Assembly (NCBI GenBank): GCA_963799485.1
Contig: CAWCXJ010000008.1
Location: 224,001 to 288,000, forward strand
Source of the DNA: an uncultured Trueperaceae bacterium
GTDB lineage: Bacteria > Deinococcota > Deinococci > Deinococcales > Trueperaceae
Reading direction: 5' to 3'
Length of the DNA stretch: 64,000 bases
In this document: in pieces, positions 46,143-56,100 of the stretch
How the letters are laid out: every line of letters starts with the position of its first letter
Position numbering within the stretch: the first letter of the stretch is position 1
Translations under genes and position numbers: made by a program
The notes under the pieces: generated by a model
The model's database searches: none
The model's input: the letters and a program-made list of their open reading frames with translations, nothing else
Told to the model about the DNA's origin: nothing

Positions 46143-46259
46143 AACCTAAGCAGTAAACCGGTTTGCGTCCCTGAGGCCGTAAACCGAGTTGCGCCGACTA
46201 GGACTTGCTATCTTGCGGGTCTCGTGCTAAAGTACCCCGAAGTTCAAAAGGAGGTAGTT

Positions 46260-46547
46260 GTGGCGAAAGCGAAGACGGTTTCTAAAGCTGATCTCGTTGA
46301 CCGGGTGGCGGACGAGACCCAGATGAAGAAAAAAGACGTTAAAACGGTCATCGACTCGATGATCGAGCACGTAACCCAGCACCTGAACGGGGGCGACAAG
46401 GTGCAGCTTACGGGTTTCGGTACCTTTGAGGTGCGCGAGCGTAAAGCCCGCACCGGCGTCAAACCGGGTACGACGGAGAAAATCGAGATTCCGGCCAGCA
46501 AGTACCCGGCGTTCAAACCCGGCAAAGCCCTTAAAGACAAGATTTAA
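46260..46547 (+). CDS. hup: DNA-binding protein HU
   Basis: VQLTGFGTF, RKARTG, PAFKPGKALKD; GTG start after GGAGG. Confidence 0.96.
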   Translation: MAKAKTVSKADLVDRVADETQMKKKDVKTVIDSMIEHVTQHLNGGDKVQLTGFGTFEVRERKARTGVKPGTTEKIEIPASKYPAFKPGKALKDKI

Positions 46548-46565
46548 GGGCTCTTCGGTGTAGTC

Positions 46566-46592
46566 AAGGCGGCTTTTGGGCCGCCTTTTTTT
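46566..46592 (+). terminator. Rho-independent terminator after hup
   Basis: AAGGCGGC-TTTTGG-GCCGCCTT followed by a T-run. Confidence 0.85.
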
Positions 46593-46679
46593 AGTGCTTG
46601 AAAAAAAGAGAGATCTTCTGGTTCGAAATGTACTCACTTGAAAAAGAGTAGACGAATACACACACGAAATGGTTCGCGT

Positions 46680-47139
46680 CTCACTACCGGGACAAAAGAC
46701 GAATAAGCCAGTCTATGACACAGTTTAGGTGGGACCAAAACCACTGTCAAAGGACTGGTTTATGCACAATCGTACTGAACTGCAGCAGAAAATCCAAACT
46801 CAAAACGTTGGCAAATCGAATTCAGCGAAGCGCCGAGGCGAAGCCGTCCGCTTTTCTCTGCCCTCGAGACCCGTGGTTTCAACCTCGAAGACACGCACAT
46901 GACCACCCCAACTCGGCTCAACACCCTGTTGGCGCTGCTGGCTCTCGCTTTTGCCTGGGCGCATCTGGTCGGTGAGTGGTGCTACCAGCAGCGTCCTCTC
47001 AAAGTAAAAGCGCATGGCTACTTGCCCAAAAGCTATTTCAGGCGTGGCTTTGACGCGCTTCGCTCAGCCATTCTTGCCGGCAACTCTCCCGCAAGCATCA
47101 GCCTTGTCGACTGTCTCAAACTTTTGTCCCCGTAGTGAG
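46680..47139 (+). mobile_element. Internally deleted IS4-family element
   Basis: 19-bp TIRs CTCACTAC(C/G)GGGACAAAAG (18/19 match); remnant RWQIE..LFSAL..RGFNLEDTH..KSYFRRG. Confidence 0.88.
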
Positions 47140-47254
47140 CGGCAAAAATGTCTTGTGCAAACCTTTCAGTGATGCTGACAAGGCGAACGCGCTTACCCTC
47201 GATGTCGAGCTGAAACAAAGCCGGTTTAGTGCCGATGAAAGCAAACTCAGTCAT
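47140..47254 (-). pseudogene. 5' fragment of a gene cut off by the IS4 element (possibly RimJ-type GNAT)
   Basis: IEGKRVRLVSITERFAQDIF runs directly into the IS end. Confidence 0.35.
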
Positions 47255-47298
47255 TACGGAACAACTTTTCCTACCCACCCCAGCCCGTTCTCAGATGT

Positions 47299-47508
47299 TT
47301 AAGAGCGGTGAGACCCAGCCTGTTTTGCCAAGTCCATCAGCAGACGCAGAGCATCGTTAACCGCCTTTTCATTTGGAAAAGCTTTGGCTACGTCTTCGTC
47401 CAACAAAACCAAATTGCTACCCTGTTTGTAGGCTTCGGCGTACTTGCCACGCGCAGATTGACCCAACTTGCCGAAATCGTACTCAGGTCTCAAATCGTCT
47501 TCTGCCAT
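47299..47508 (-). CDS. BrnA-like antitoxin
   Basis: EYDF..RGKY..VLLDEDVAKAF..VNDALR; directly downstream of BrnT. Confidence 0.8.
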   Translation of the reverse strand: MAEDDLRPEYDFGKLGQSARGKYAEAYKQGSNLVLLDEDVAKAFPNEKAVNDALRLLMDLAKQAGSHRS

Positions 47509-47509
47509 C

Positions 47510-47782
47510 CTATTCTCCCTCGTAAGCTTTTCGCTCTTGCTTGGTCAAAGCGCGTGCGCTGATGATACACACTTTGTCTTCACGGTCGGCGTGAGAAACA
47601 ATCATTTTTCCTGTAGCGGTAAGACCGGTGGGCAAAAAGCGTTTTTCTTCGTCTGAATGGTCGGGGTCATCGAAGGTATACGAAAGTGGATCGCCGAAAG
47701 CGGTTGCGGCTTCCTCGAATGAAACCTCGTGCTTTTCAAGATTACGCCGGACTTTCTCGGGGTTCCATTCAAATTGCAGCAC
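47510..47782 (-). CDS. BrnT family toxin (DUF497)
   Basis: FEWNPEK..NLEKHEVSFEEA..DPDHS..ISAR..ERKAY. Confidence 0.88.
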   Translation of the reverse strand: MLQFEWNPEKVRRNLEKHEVSFEEAATAFGDPLSYTFDDPDHSDEEKRFLPTGLTATGKMIVSHADREDKVCIISARALTKQERKAYEGE

Positions 47783-47847
47783 TGACTGATTTTAGCACTC
47801 GGTGACTAGCTGAACGCCTTCAGAAAAGGTAAAGGGGGAAACTTTCT

Positions 47848-49011
47848 TCACGGCACAACCTTCCCCACCCACCCCAGCGGATTCGTCGCCTCCTCGGCCA
47901 CACGCATCTCCCAGTGCAGATGCGGCCCTGTCGAAAGCCCGGTCGTCCCGACTTCACCGACAACCTGACCGCGTTTTACGGTCTCCCCGGCTTTGACCAG
48001 AAGTTTTGACTGGTGCAAGTATAAGCTGAACACGCCGCCGCCGTGGTCAATCACCACCAGCCCACCTTTGGTGGGATAAAACCCGGCGACGCGCACCGTC
48101 CCGGCATTTGTCGCATGAACGGGCGTACCTTCGGGCGCAGCGAGGTCGGCACCCTGGTGATACGAGATATTTCCGCCGGGGCCGTACTGCCGTGACGCGC
48201 CGAAACTGCTGGTGCTGACGCCGTCTACCGGGAGCATAAAGGGTTGCTGCCAACCCGGGTACGCCGTACCTTTGGCGTAGGCAGCGCTGAGGGTGGCCTC
48301 CTCGAGCGCCTTGTTTTCCGGCGTCGAGCTACTTAAAACTTCCGGCGAGAGGTTCAAGAGTTCGGTGCCACGCGGGTCGGCGGTGACGGCGACGCTGCGC
48401 TCTAGTTTCGTAACCCGTCCAAACTCGTCGGTAAGTGTGATGCTCAGCGGCAAGGTACTCGTTTCCGAACCGAGCGGGACACCGCCGAACGCGGCTGCGC
48501 CGGTACGGTTCCAGAAAGTAGGCAAGCGTTGACCGCTGAGCGTGACTGAAACCCGCTCGATTTTTGGATTGGTGCCGTACGCGAGCCTCACGCCTACCGG
48601 GTCGCCGACAACAGCGGTTCGGGTTGTTTGGGCCGTAACTTCTGGCTTCGGCACGCCGGCAACGGTATACCGGGCCGTCGTCTGGTTGTCGGCACCATCA
48701 GAAGCCGTCAGCTCGAGGACGTTTTCTCCCGCCCCGGCGTTCAGCTTCAGGCGCAGGTTTTGCGTCACAGCCTCGGTGGTTTTGCCCCCATAGGTGTAAC
48801 GGTAGATGACGGGTTCGCTCGAGCTGACCAGTACCTCATACCTCTCACCGGCAGGAACGCGGCTGGGAATCTGCACCTCTAGTTGCGGCGCAACCCGGTC
48901 GAGCCAGCCCTGCGAGAGCGCCAGCGAGTAAAACACGAGCAGTGTGAGCAGAAGAACGAGTAGAACACGCCGCCGACGTTTTACATGGTGGTCGGTAGGA
49001 GAACGACTCAT
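47848..49011 (-). CDS. M23 family metallopeptidase
   Basis: HQGAD, YLHQS, GPHLHWE; N-terminal TM. Confidence 0.92.
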   Translation of the reverse strand: MSRSPTDHHVKRRRRVLLVLLLTLLVFYSLALSQGWLDRVAPQLEVQIPSRVPAGERYEVLVSSSEPVIYRYTYGGKTTEAVTQNLRLKLNAGAGENVLELTASDGADNQTTARYTVAGVPKPEVTAQTTRTAVVGDPVGVRLAYGTNPKIERVSVTLSGQRLPTFWNRTGAAAFGGVPLGSETSTLPLSITLTDEFGRVTKLERSVAVTADPRGTELLNLSPEVLSSSTPENKALEEATLSAAYAKGTAYPGWQQPFMLPVDGVSTSSFGASRQYGPGGNISYHQGADLAAPEGTPVHATNAGTVRVAGFYPTKGGLVVIDHGGGVFSLYLHQSKLLVKAGETVKRGQVVGEVGTTGLSTGPHLHWEMRVAEEATNPLGWVGKVVP

Positions 49012-49014
49012 GGG

Positions 49015-49554
49015 TTATTCGGTTTCCTGACTCGTGACAAACGGCAAGTTGCGGTACTGATGCGCTACGTCGAGGCCGTAACCGTACACGAACGCGTCGT
49101 CGATTTCAAAGCCCACGAAGTCGAGCGGCACGTCTACCTGGCGTCTCGAGGGCTTTGAGAGCAGCGTCGCCACCTTGACCGAGAGCGGCCCGCGCCCCTG
49201 CAAATAGCCGAACAGATACTTCATCGTCAGGCCCGTATCGACAATATCTTCGACCAAAATCACATGCTTGTTTTTCAGGGATTGGTCGAGGTCTTTGGTG
49301 AGCCGCACCTCACCCGAGCTTGCAGTACGTGACCCGTAAGACGATACCGCCATAAAGTCCAGCGTCAGCGGCACGTCAATCTCCCGCACGAGGTCGGCCA
49401 TAAAGAGAAACGCGCCGTTTAGGACGCAAATCAGGTGCAGCGGTTCGCCGTCCCCATACGCCGCCGTAATCTCTCTACCCAGCTCTTGCACCCGCGCTCT
49501 AACCTCTGCCTCTGAGAGTTGTACCGAGCCGCTGCCCTGCTTGAATATCGTCAT
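49015..49554 (-). CDS. hpt: Hypoxanthine phosphoribosyltransferase
   Basis: VEDIVDTGLT PRPP motif, GYGLD, YRNLP. Confidence 0.96.
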   Translation of the reverse strand: MTIFKQGSGSVQLSEAEVRARVQELGREITAAYGDGEPLHLICVLNGAFLFMADLVREIDVPLTLDFMAVSSYGSRTASSGEVRLTKDLDQSLKNKHVILVEDIVDTGLTMKYLFGYLQGRGPLSVKVATLLSKPSRRQVDVPLDFVGFEIDDAFVYGYGLDVAHQYRNLPFVTSQETE

Positions 49555-49570
49555 AGAAACCCCATAGCAG

Positions 49571-50257
49571 CTAGTATATGCCCAGCGGTTTCAGGTCGGC
49601 TTCGGTCAGCTGCCGGTAGTCACCCGGTTTCAGGTCGCCCAACGTCAGATGCGCCACGCGGGTACGGAGGAGCCGCGTCACCTCAAAGCCGAGACCGCCG
49701 AGCATCCGCCGCACTTCACGGTTGCGGCCTTCGCGCAACACGACGGTGCAGCCACCGGGAGAGGGCCACGCCGTAAACGCCCTGGCGGGGCCGTCGCCCA
49801 GCTCGACGCCGCTCCTGAGCGCGTGCATTTCACGTTCGGAAAGCGGCGCGTCGCACCAGACCCGGTACTCTTTTTCGTGTTCATAACGCGGGTGGGTGAG
49901 TTGCAGCGTCAACGCGCCGTCGTTGGTGACGAGCAAGAGACCTTCGGACTCGAGGTCAAGTCTACCCACCGGATGCAACCCCGGCACTTGAGGGAGCAGG
50001 TCAATCACCGTTTCCCGGCCCCGGTCGTCCGACACCGACGAGAGCACCCCGACGGGTTTGTAGAGCAGATAGGTAACATGCTCTTGCACCTCGGCCCGAA
50101 CGCCGCCCACCCTCACCTCATCTGAGGGTTCGACCTGTTGACCCAGCTCAGCGGTGACGCCGTTGACGGTGACTTTGCCCTCAAGAATCAGCGTTTCAGC
50201 TTTACGGCGACTCGCGACCCCGGCCCGCGACAAAAACTTCTGCAACCGTTCAGCCAC
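49571..50257 (-). CDS. RsuA/RluB-family pseudouridine synthase
   Basis: S4 domain RLQKFL..ASRR, VGRLD, EGRNREVRRM. Confidence 0.93.
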   Translation of the reverse strand: MAERLQKFLSRAGVASRRKAETLILEGKVTVNGVTAELGQQVEPSDEVRVGGVRAEVQEHVTYLLYKPVGVLSSVSDDRGRETVIDLLPQVPGLHPVGRLDLESEGLLLVTNDGALTLQLTHPRYEHEKEYRVWCDAPLSEREMHALRSGVELGDGPARAFTAWPSPGGCTVVLREGRNREVRRMLGGLGFEVTRLLRTRVAHLTLGDLKPGDYRQLTEADLKPLGIY

Positions 50258-50290
50258 GAGCGCCTACACCATAAACGCGCCGTAAAACCG

Positions 50291-51208
50291 TCATAAAAAG
50301 AGCTGCCCTTCACCGACTCTTACGGCGACGCCGCCGACGGAGACCTGCACACCTTTTTCGGTTCGTTTCAGACGCACGAACAGCTCGCTTTTACGGCCCA
50401 TTTCAACGCCTTGGTGACTGGTGAATTCGGCGCTGTCACCTTGCAAGATGTCTGTATGCGCCGCTAAATATGCACCCAGCGGCCCGTGCGCGCTACCGGT
50501 GGCAGGGTCTTCGTAAACGCCGAGGGCAGCGCCCAACATCCGCGCACGAATATCAGACTCAGGCGCGTGAGGGGTAAAAACGAAAACCACAGGGCGATTA
50601 TCGGGTAGTAGCTGGGAGAGTTTAGGTAGCGATACCTGCGCCCGTGCAAGTGCGTCCAGCGAAACGACCGGAACCAACAAGAACGGATTTCCGGCACTGC
50701 CGAGCTGGACGGGCAAGTCGGGCTCGAGCTCCCCCACTCCCAAACCCAAAGCCGCTGCAACCTGCGCCTTGTCGAACGTCTCCAAAAGCTCCGGCACACC
50801 CTGATTCATCCACACCCGTTTTAAGGTGCCGCCTTTACGCTCTAGGGTCATCTGCACAGGGCCGACGTTTAACGTCAGCGTTACCTTGTCCTGCCCCGTA
50901 AAATGGCCCTGCTGCGCGAGCGCAAAGACCGTACCGACGCTCGGGTGTCCCGCCACCGGTAATTCTTGCGTCGGCGTAAAGTAGCGGGCGCGGACTGCGG
51001 TTTTTACGGCAGGTTTTACGGTGGGTTTTACGGTGCTTTCTGCGGGTAACACGAAACTCGTCTCAGAGAGATTGAACTCGTTGGCGATGCGCTGCATCTG
51101 TTCGCCACTTAAACCGTCGGCATCCGGGATAACGGCTAACGGGTTGCCGTAAAAAGGTCGCGTCGTAAATACGTCCCACAGCTCATAAAGTAGGATGTCA
51201 GGTGTCAT
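50291..51208 (-). CDS. PhzF family epimerase/isomerase
   Basis: DVFT..GNPL, SETSF, EDPATGSA; leaderless TAGACT-N7-ATG. Confidence 0.92.
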   Translation of the reverse strand: MTPDILLYELWDVFTTRPFYGNPLAVIPDADGLSGEQMQRIANEFNLSETSFVLPAESTVKPTVKPAVKTAVRARYFTPTQELPVAGHPSVGTVFALAQQGHFTGQDKVTLTLNVGPVQMTLERKGGTLKRVWMNQGVPELLETFDKAQVAAALGLGVGELEPDLPVQLGSAGNPFLLVPVVSLDALARAQVSLPKLSQLLPDNRPVVFVFTPHAPESDIRARMLGAALGVYEDPATGSAHGPLGAYLAAHTDILQGDSAEFTSHQGVEMGRKSELFVRLKRTEKGVQVSVGGVAVRVGEGQLFL

Positions 51209-51250
51209 TGGGGCAAGTCTAACCGGAAAGAGTCGTGCTAGTTTGGGCCT

Positions 51251-52336
51251 ATGATTCATCCTCTACATGAACGCTACGCCAAACTCCTCGTCGGCTACTG
51301 CACTGAAGTTCAATCCGGTGAGAATGTGCTCTTGAACCTCGAGAGTCCGGCGTTGCCGCTGGCCAGGGCGCTCACCCGCGAAGTCCTTAAAGCAGGCGGG
51401 ATTCCGCACCTGCGCGTGACTTATCCTGAACTCACTGCTGACATTTTGGAGCTTGCCACAGACACTTATCTGGAGTCTGAAGCGGGGCTCGAGCGCTCCG
51501 AAATCAAACACACCGACGCCTGGATTCGCGTCGCTGCGCCGAGCAACACCCGCACGCTGCAAGGCTCCGACAAAACCAAACTCGGACGGTTACAAAAACG
51601 GCTCCGGGACGTGTCGAATATCCGGATTCAGGAAACCCGGTGGTGCGGCACGCTCTTTCCGACCCCGGCGGGCGCACAAGACGCCGACATGAGTTTAGAC
51701 GACTACGAACGCTTCGTTTACGGCGCGATGTTCTTGTTTGAACCTGACCCGGTAGCCGAGTGGAAGAAGCTGCACGAGTTTCAGGCAGAGCTGATTGAAA
51801 GGCTTCAGGGCGCAAAAACGGTGCGGATTCAGGCCGACGGTACCGACCTCACACTCAGCGTCGGTGGGCGCACCTGGGTCAATTCGGACGGACACCGCAA
51901 TATGCCTTCGGGCGAGGTGTTTACGGGGCCGCTCGAGACCAGCGCCGAAGGCACCATTCGTTTTGACATCCCGAGCGCGGTTCAGGGAACGCTCGTCAGA
52001 GATGCCCAACTGACGTTCAAGGAAGGTCAAGTTGTCTCTGCAAAAGCCGACGAAGGCGATGAGCTGTTGCAAGCGCAGCTTACGACCGACCCCGGCGCAA
52101 GGTTTCTGGGTGAACTCGGAATCGGTACCAACACCCGAATTCAGCGCCCGACCAAAAGCATCTTGTTCGATGAAAAAATCGGTGGCACGGTGCACCTCGC
52201 GCTCGGGCAGTCGTACCGGGAAACAGGCGGGACGAACACGTCGGCAATTCACTGGGATTTGATCTGTGATTTGCGGCGAGGCGGCGTAATCACACTCGAC
52301 GATAGAGTGTTTCAAGAAAATGGGCAGTTTGTTTAG
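51251..52336 (+). CDS. M29 (aminopeptidase T/II) family aminopeptidase
   Basis: NMPSGEVFTGP, GELGIG, LFDEKIGGTVHLALG, IHWD. Confidence 0.93.
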   Translation: MIHPLHERYAKLLVGYCTEVQSGENVLLNLESPALPLARALTREVLKAGGIPHLRVTYPELTADILELATDTYLESEAGLERSEIKHTDAWIRVAAPSNTRTLQGSDKTKLGRLQKRLRDVSNIRIQETRWCGTLFPTPAGAQDADMSLDDYERFVYGAMFLFEPDPVAEWKKLHEFQAELIERLQGAKTVRIQADGTDLTLSVGGRTWVNSDGHRNMPSGEVFTGPLETSAEGTIRFDIPSAVQGTLVRDAQLTFKEGQVVSAKADEGDELLQAQLTTDPGARFLGELGIGTNTRIQRPTKSILFDEKIGGTVHLALGQSYRETGGTNTSAIHWDLICDLRRGGVITLDDRVFQENGQFV

Positions 52337-52402
52337 GGACAGTAGGGCTTGGCCCTACCGTCTCTTGGGGTAAAAACACAAACATCTTCAACCCAAGCTA
52401 AG

Positions 52403-52740
52403 TTAGTGGTCGTACGGGAGCAAGACGTGGCTCAACTCGTCGGTACTTATCCCCAGCGTCCCGGCTGCTGCGCCCAAGTCCAAGGGGAGATTTCCTAAAG
52501 CAGCACTCAGCGCGTTGACGGTCACCTCGAGTTGCTCGGCAGCACACGCTAAACCGGGCGGGTCGTCCGGTCTAGCGCCCCCGGCGCACCGATGCCTCCG
52601 CTCACGTTCGTACTAAAGGCACCTTCGGCGCTCGTGCTCACCAAGCAAGTAGGCAGGTTGGGAAACGTAAGCGAGGCGCGACAGTGATAGCCGCGCGTTT
52701 CGTCTACCAGGAGGCTTGTGACCCTGCTAAAAACAACCCG
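52403..52740 (-). pseudogene. Decayed second YHYH-family gene
   Basis: VDETRGYHCRASLTFPNLPTCL, then after a frameshift AAEQLEVTVNALSAALGNLPLDLGAAAGTLGIS, matching the tail of the upstream YHYH protein. Confidence 0.7.
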
Positions 52741-52819
52741 TCGTTACCGGAGCATTCGGTAGTGGTTTGAGACGGTTTCATAGAGGCGATGTCAAAACCA
52801 AGTTGACATCTCTGTAAGC

Positions 52820-53878
52820 TTATTGGGGCGGCGCAGGTACGGCGCTTGTCAGTGCTTCGACGCTTAGACCAAGTTCTTCAGCGGCAGCTTCTAAATCGAA
52901 GGGAGGTTGGCCCAGCGCAGCCACGAGGGCTTCTTCTGTAACACCGAGAGTCGTGGCAGCTTCTGAAAAGTCAGGCGCACCACCGCCAGCAGGACCACCC
53001 GCACCGGGCTGATTTGCCGAGTCTCCTGTCGAGTCGTCGACAGTGCCCTTGTAACACTCGACGGAGTAGGGAGCTTCGTCAGCTGTCAAATGGTAGTGGT
53101 AGATGCCATCCGAGAATTCCGGCGTCACACCGACGTGCCCACCACACTCGTCTAGGTCGGCGTTTGTAACGGAGACGCCGTTTTCGCCTTTGTCGCCGTA
53201 AACCGGAAAGCCGTCCCGCAAAACGCCGACAATACGGGAATGCTCACCTTCGACATCGACGGTGGCAGTTACGCACGTGGGAATACCGTGGTAGTGATAG
53301 TTTGAACCGTCTGCTAACGGGTGACCATTACAGTCATCGACAAAAGCCGCGTGGTCGTGACCTGTTTCATCAAAGTTTCCAGCGTCATCTACGGGAAAAG
53401 AAGTGTTGTCATCGAGCGCCACATTGGTACGTTCCATATTTTCGTAGTCATTAAAAAGCCTGGCACCGCTAATGACGAAACCAATTTGGCCCAGATCGGT
53501 TTGCTGCACTTCGTCAGCGTAGCTCGGACTAAGTGTCAGGCTGACGTCAATAGGACTCGAGGTTAAGTATTCAGCGGTACTAACAACCGTAAAATCTTCG
53601 AAAGACTTATCGCTAAAGGGTTGGTCGTTGGGTTCATTAGGAATCAAGAACCATGTCGGCAGCTTGTGGTTCGGGAAACCGTCGGACGCGTAGCTGAAGG
53701 TGCCTTCACCCAAAGTGACCGTGACATTGTCTCCCCACTGTGCAGCTTCGATACCCGCCGTTGTGTCAAACTCTGTGGTCGTTTCTGCCGTCGTTTGGGC
53801 ACTGCAAGCAGTTACCAAAACCAAGCCCAGGGTGAGCAAAAGAGGTTTACCGGCGAACACTTTTTTAACACAGAACAT
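52820..53878 (-). CDS. YHYH-domain lipoprotein
   Basis: Lipobox VTAC; DDCNGH..YHYH, DGFPVYG, LDECGGH..YHYH; C-terminal helical repeats. Confidence 0.9.
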   Translation of the reverse strand: MFCVKKVFAGKPLLLTLGLVLVTACSAQTTAETTTEFDTTAGIEAAQWGDNVTVTLGEGTFSYASDGFPNHKLPTWFLIPNEPNDQPFSDKSFEDFTVVSTAEYLTSSPIDVSLTLSPSYADEVQQTDLGQIGFVISGARLFNDYENMERTNVALDDNTSFPVDDAGNFDETGHDHAAFVDDCNGHPLADGSNYHYHGIPTCVTATVDVEGEHSRIVGVLRDGFPVYGDKGENGVSVTNADLDECGGHVGVTPEFSDGIYHYHLTADEAPYSVECYKGTVDDSTGDSANQPGAGGPAGGGAPDFSEAATTLGVTEEALVAALGQPPFDLEAAAEELGLSVEALTSAVPAPPQ

Positions 53879-54076
53879 AATACCTCCTCGGTAAAGTAGT
53901 TAGAGAACAGGTGATGAGAGCCAACTCTCTAATCGCTGTAGCATAAGAACAAAAAGACCAGCCTGTCATCGCGCGAATGGCTGGGCTGCGTAGCCCAAAC
54001 GTCATGTGCCCTTTGGCTAGAAACGCAGGCCAAAAGATAGAGGTAACGACGATACCTGCCCTGCTAGACTGCAAAG

Positions 54077-55417
54077 GTGTCTGGGTTACCTTCATTCGAC
54101 CCCGTATTCAACCCTGTTTACAGGCGCTACCGCTTTATTGCACTGGCGGTTTACGGGGCCGTATTTGCCGCCGGTGTAGTCGACTTTGCTTACGACGGCG
54201 CACGCGTAGGCGCGCTCGTTCGTGCGCCCGAAGGTTTGCGGGTCGCTGTTTTTCTCCTTGCGCTCGCGTTGCTCGGCGCACTCGAGTTCTTTAGTTTCGG
54301 TCACTCGAGCTTTGAGCGTGTCCGCAAAAGTCAACTGCTCCCTTTCACCCTCAGGCTATTTTTGTTTGCAACATGCTTTTTAGTTACCGATCTCAAGTAT
54401 ACACGCGTTTTGTTTCTCATTTTGATTCTCTACAGCTATCTGGGGGTGGGTCGCTGGCTGAGTTACGCTCTGGCAACCGTAGGGTTTATCGTCCTGTTGG
54501 GGCTAAGTATCGGCAATCCTGTTCTCATGGGTATCCTCCCGGTCCCCCCGCAGGTACAAGGGCCAACCCAGGAGGCGTCGCAGCAGCCTGTCCAGCAGCC
54601 ACCTCCGAGACCCGACAACCCGCCGTTAAATATCGGCGAACTGATAAACGCCAGCATGGGCTCGGTTATCGCGCTCTTCTTTACGCTGTTACTAGCCAGG
54701 GCAATGGCGCAAGCCTTGCAAGACCAGCAGGAACTCAGGGCACTTAACCTTTCGCTCAACGCCTCGCACACCCAGCTAAAAGAGTACACGGGCCGCGTCG
54801 CCGAGCTAGCCGCGACCGAAGAGCGCAACCGTCTAGCACGGGACATTCACGACAGCTTGGGCCACCATTTGGCAGCTATCAACATCCAACTCGCCAAAGC
54901 CCACGCCTACCGTGAACGCGACCCGCAACGTGCGGCTGAAGCTGTAGGCCACGCGCAGCGCAGCGTCCAGGACGCCTTAAAAGATGTGCGCGAATCGGTG
55001 GGCAGTTTGCGGGAAGGCAAAGCGTTCTCGCTCGACGAATCGCTGGACGCGCTGGTAAAACGGATGCGTCACAGCGGGCTCGACATCAAGATAACCAAAA
55101 CCGGCAACGGTGAGGTTTACGGCAAACTCGCCCTGATGACCCTGTACCGCGTGGTACAAGAGGCGTTGACCAACGTCCATAAACACGCGGCGGCAGGCTG
55201 CGTCACCATCGACCTCGAGTTCTCCGAGCGGCAAGCTCGTCTCAGCGTGACCGACGACGGTGCAGGGTTCGACACTGCGGCCTGGGAAGACCAGCCGACT
55301 TTTGGTTTACGGGGTTTGCAGGAGCGTCTGAGTCTGGTGGGCGGTACCCTGCACCTGCACAGTGAACCCAAGCAAACGACCTTGAACGTCGCCCTGCCCA
55401 GATCTGCTAATGGCTGA
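54077..55417 (+). CDS. HisKA_3 (NarX/DesK-type) membrane sensor kinase
   Basis: ERNRLARDIHDSLGH, QEALTNVHKHA, DDGAGF, GLRGLQER. Confidence 0.93.
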   Translation: MSGLPSFDPVFNPVYRRYRFIALAVYGAVFAAGVVDFAYDGARVGALVRAPEGLRVAVFLLALALLGALEFFSFGHSSFERVRKSQLLPFTLRLFLFATCFLVTDLKYTRVLFLILILYSYLGVGRWLSYALATVGFIVLLGLSIGNPVLMGILPVPPQVQGPTQEASQQPVQQPPPRPDNPPLNIGELINASMGSVIALFFTLLLARAMAQALQDQQELRALNLSLNASHTQLKEYTGRVAELAATEERNRLARDIHDSLGHHLAAINIQLAKAHAYRERDPQRAAEAVGHAQRSVQDALKDVRESVGSLREGKAFSLDESLDALVKRMRHSGLDIKITKTGNGEVYGKLALMTLYRVVQEALTNVHKHAAAGCVTIDLEFSERQARLSVTDDGAGFDTAAWEDQPTFGLRGLQERLSLVGGTLHLHSEPKQTTLNVALPRSANG

Positions 55418-56060
55418 CGTAAAAATCCGTATATTGCTGGTGGACGACCAGTACCTGATCCGTGAGGGGATCGCCTCGCTTTTGGAGCTCGAGGAGAGCG
55501 TTGAAGTCGTCGGCACGGCGGCTAACGGAAACGAGGCTGTTCAAAAAGCCCTCGAGCTTAGACCCGACGTCATCCTTATGGACATCCGTATGCCCGAGCT
55601 TAACGGGGTCGCGGCAACCGCGCAGATAAAGCAGCGGACGCCCGCTTGTCAGGTGATTATGCTGACCACTTTTGACGACGAAGAGTTCGTCGTGCAGTCG
55701 CTCCTGGCGGGCGCGTGCGGGTACTTGATGAAAGATATTCCGCCTAAAGACCTCGTGCGAGCAGTTGCGTCCGCGCACGCGGGCGTGTATCAGCTCGCGC
55801 CGGAAGTGGCGGGCAAACTCGTCGGCTCATTGCAGCGACAAGCCGCGCCCGAAAAACCCGTACCCGACCCGGCTTTGACGGTGCGGGAACTCAAGGTTTT
55901 ACGCCTGCTCGCCCGAGGTGCCAGCAACAAAGAAATCGCCAAAGCTTTTAGTGTGAGCGAGGGAACCGTTAAAAATCACGTGTCGAACATTTTGCTGCGG
56001 CTGGGGCTCAGAGACCGCACGCAGGCGGCGATCTACGCGGTCGAACACAGTTTGGACTAA
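55410..56060 (+). CDS. NarL/LuxR-family response regulator
   Basis: LLVDDQ, MDIRMP, LTTFDD, SNKEIA..TVKNHVSNIL. Confidence 0.95.
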   Translation: MADVKIRILLVDDQYLIREGIASLLELEESVEVVGTAANGNEAVQKALELRPDVILMDIRMPELNGVAATAQIKQRTPACQVIMLTTFDDEEFVVQSLLAGACGYLMKDIPPKDLVRAVASAHAGVYQLAPEVAGKLVGSLQRQAAPEKPVPDPALTVRELKVLRLLARGASNKEIAKAFSVSEGTVKNHVSNILLRLGLRDRTQAAIYAVEHSLD

Positions 56061-56100
56061 AAGCGGGCGCGAGTCGCCCGTCAGCGCGGTAAGCTCACGC

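Noticed and set aside
52342..52358. GTAGGGC-TTG-GCCCTAC as a REP element
   Set aside because: Single copy in the window; more simply a terminator-like hairpin after the aminopeptidase.
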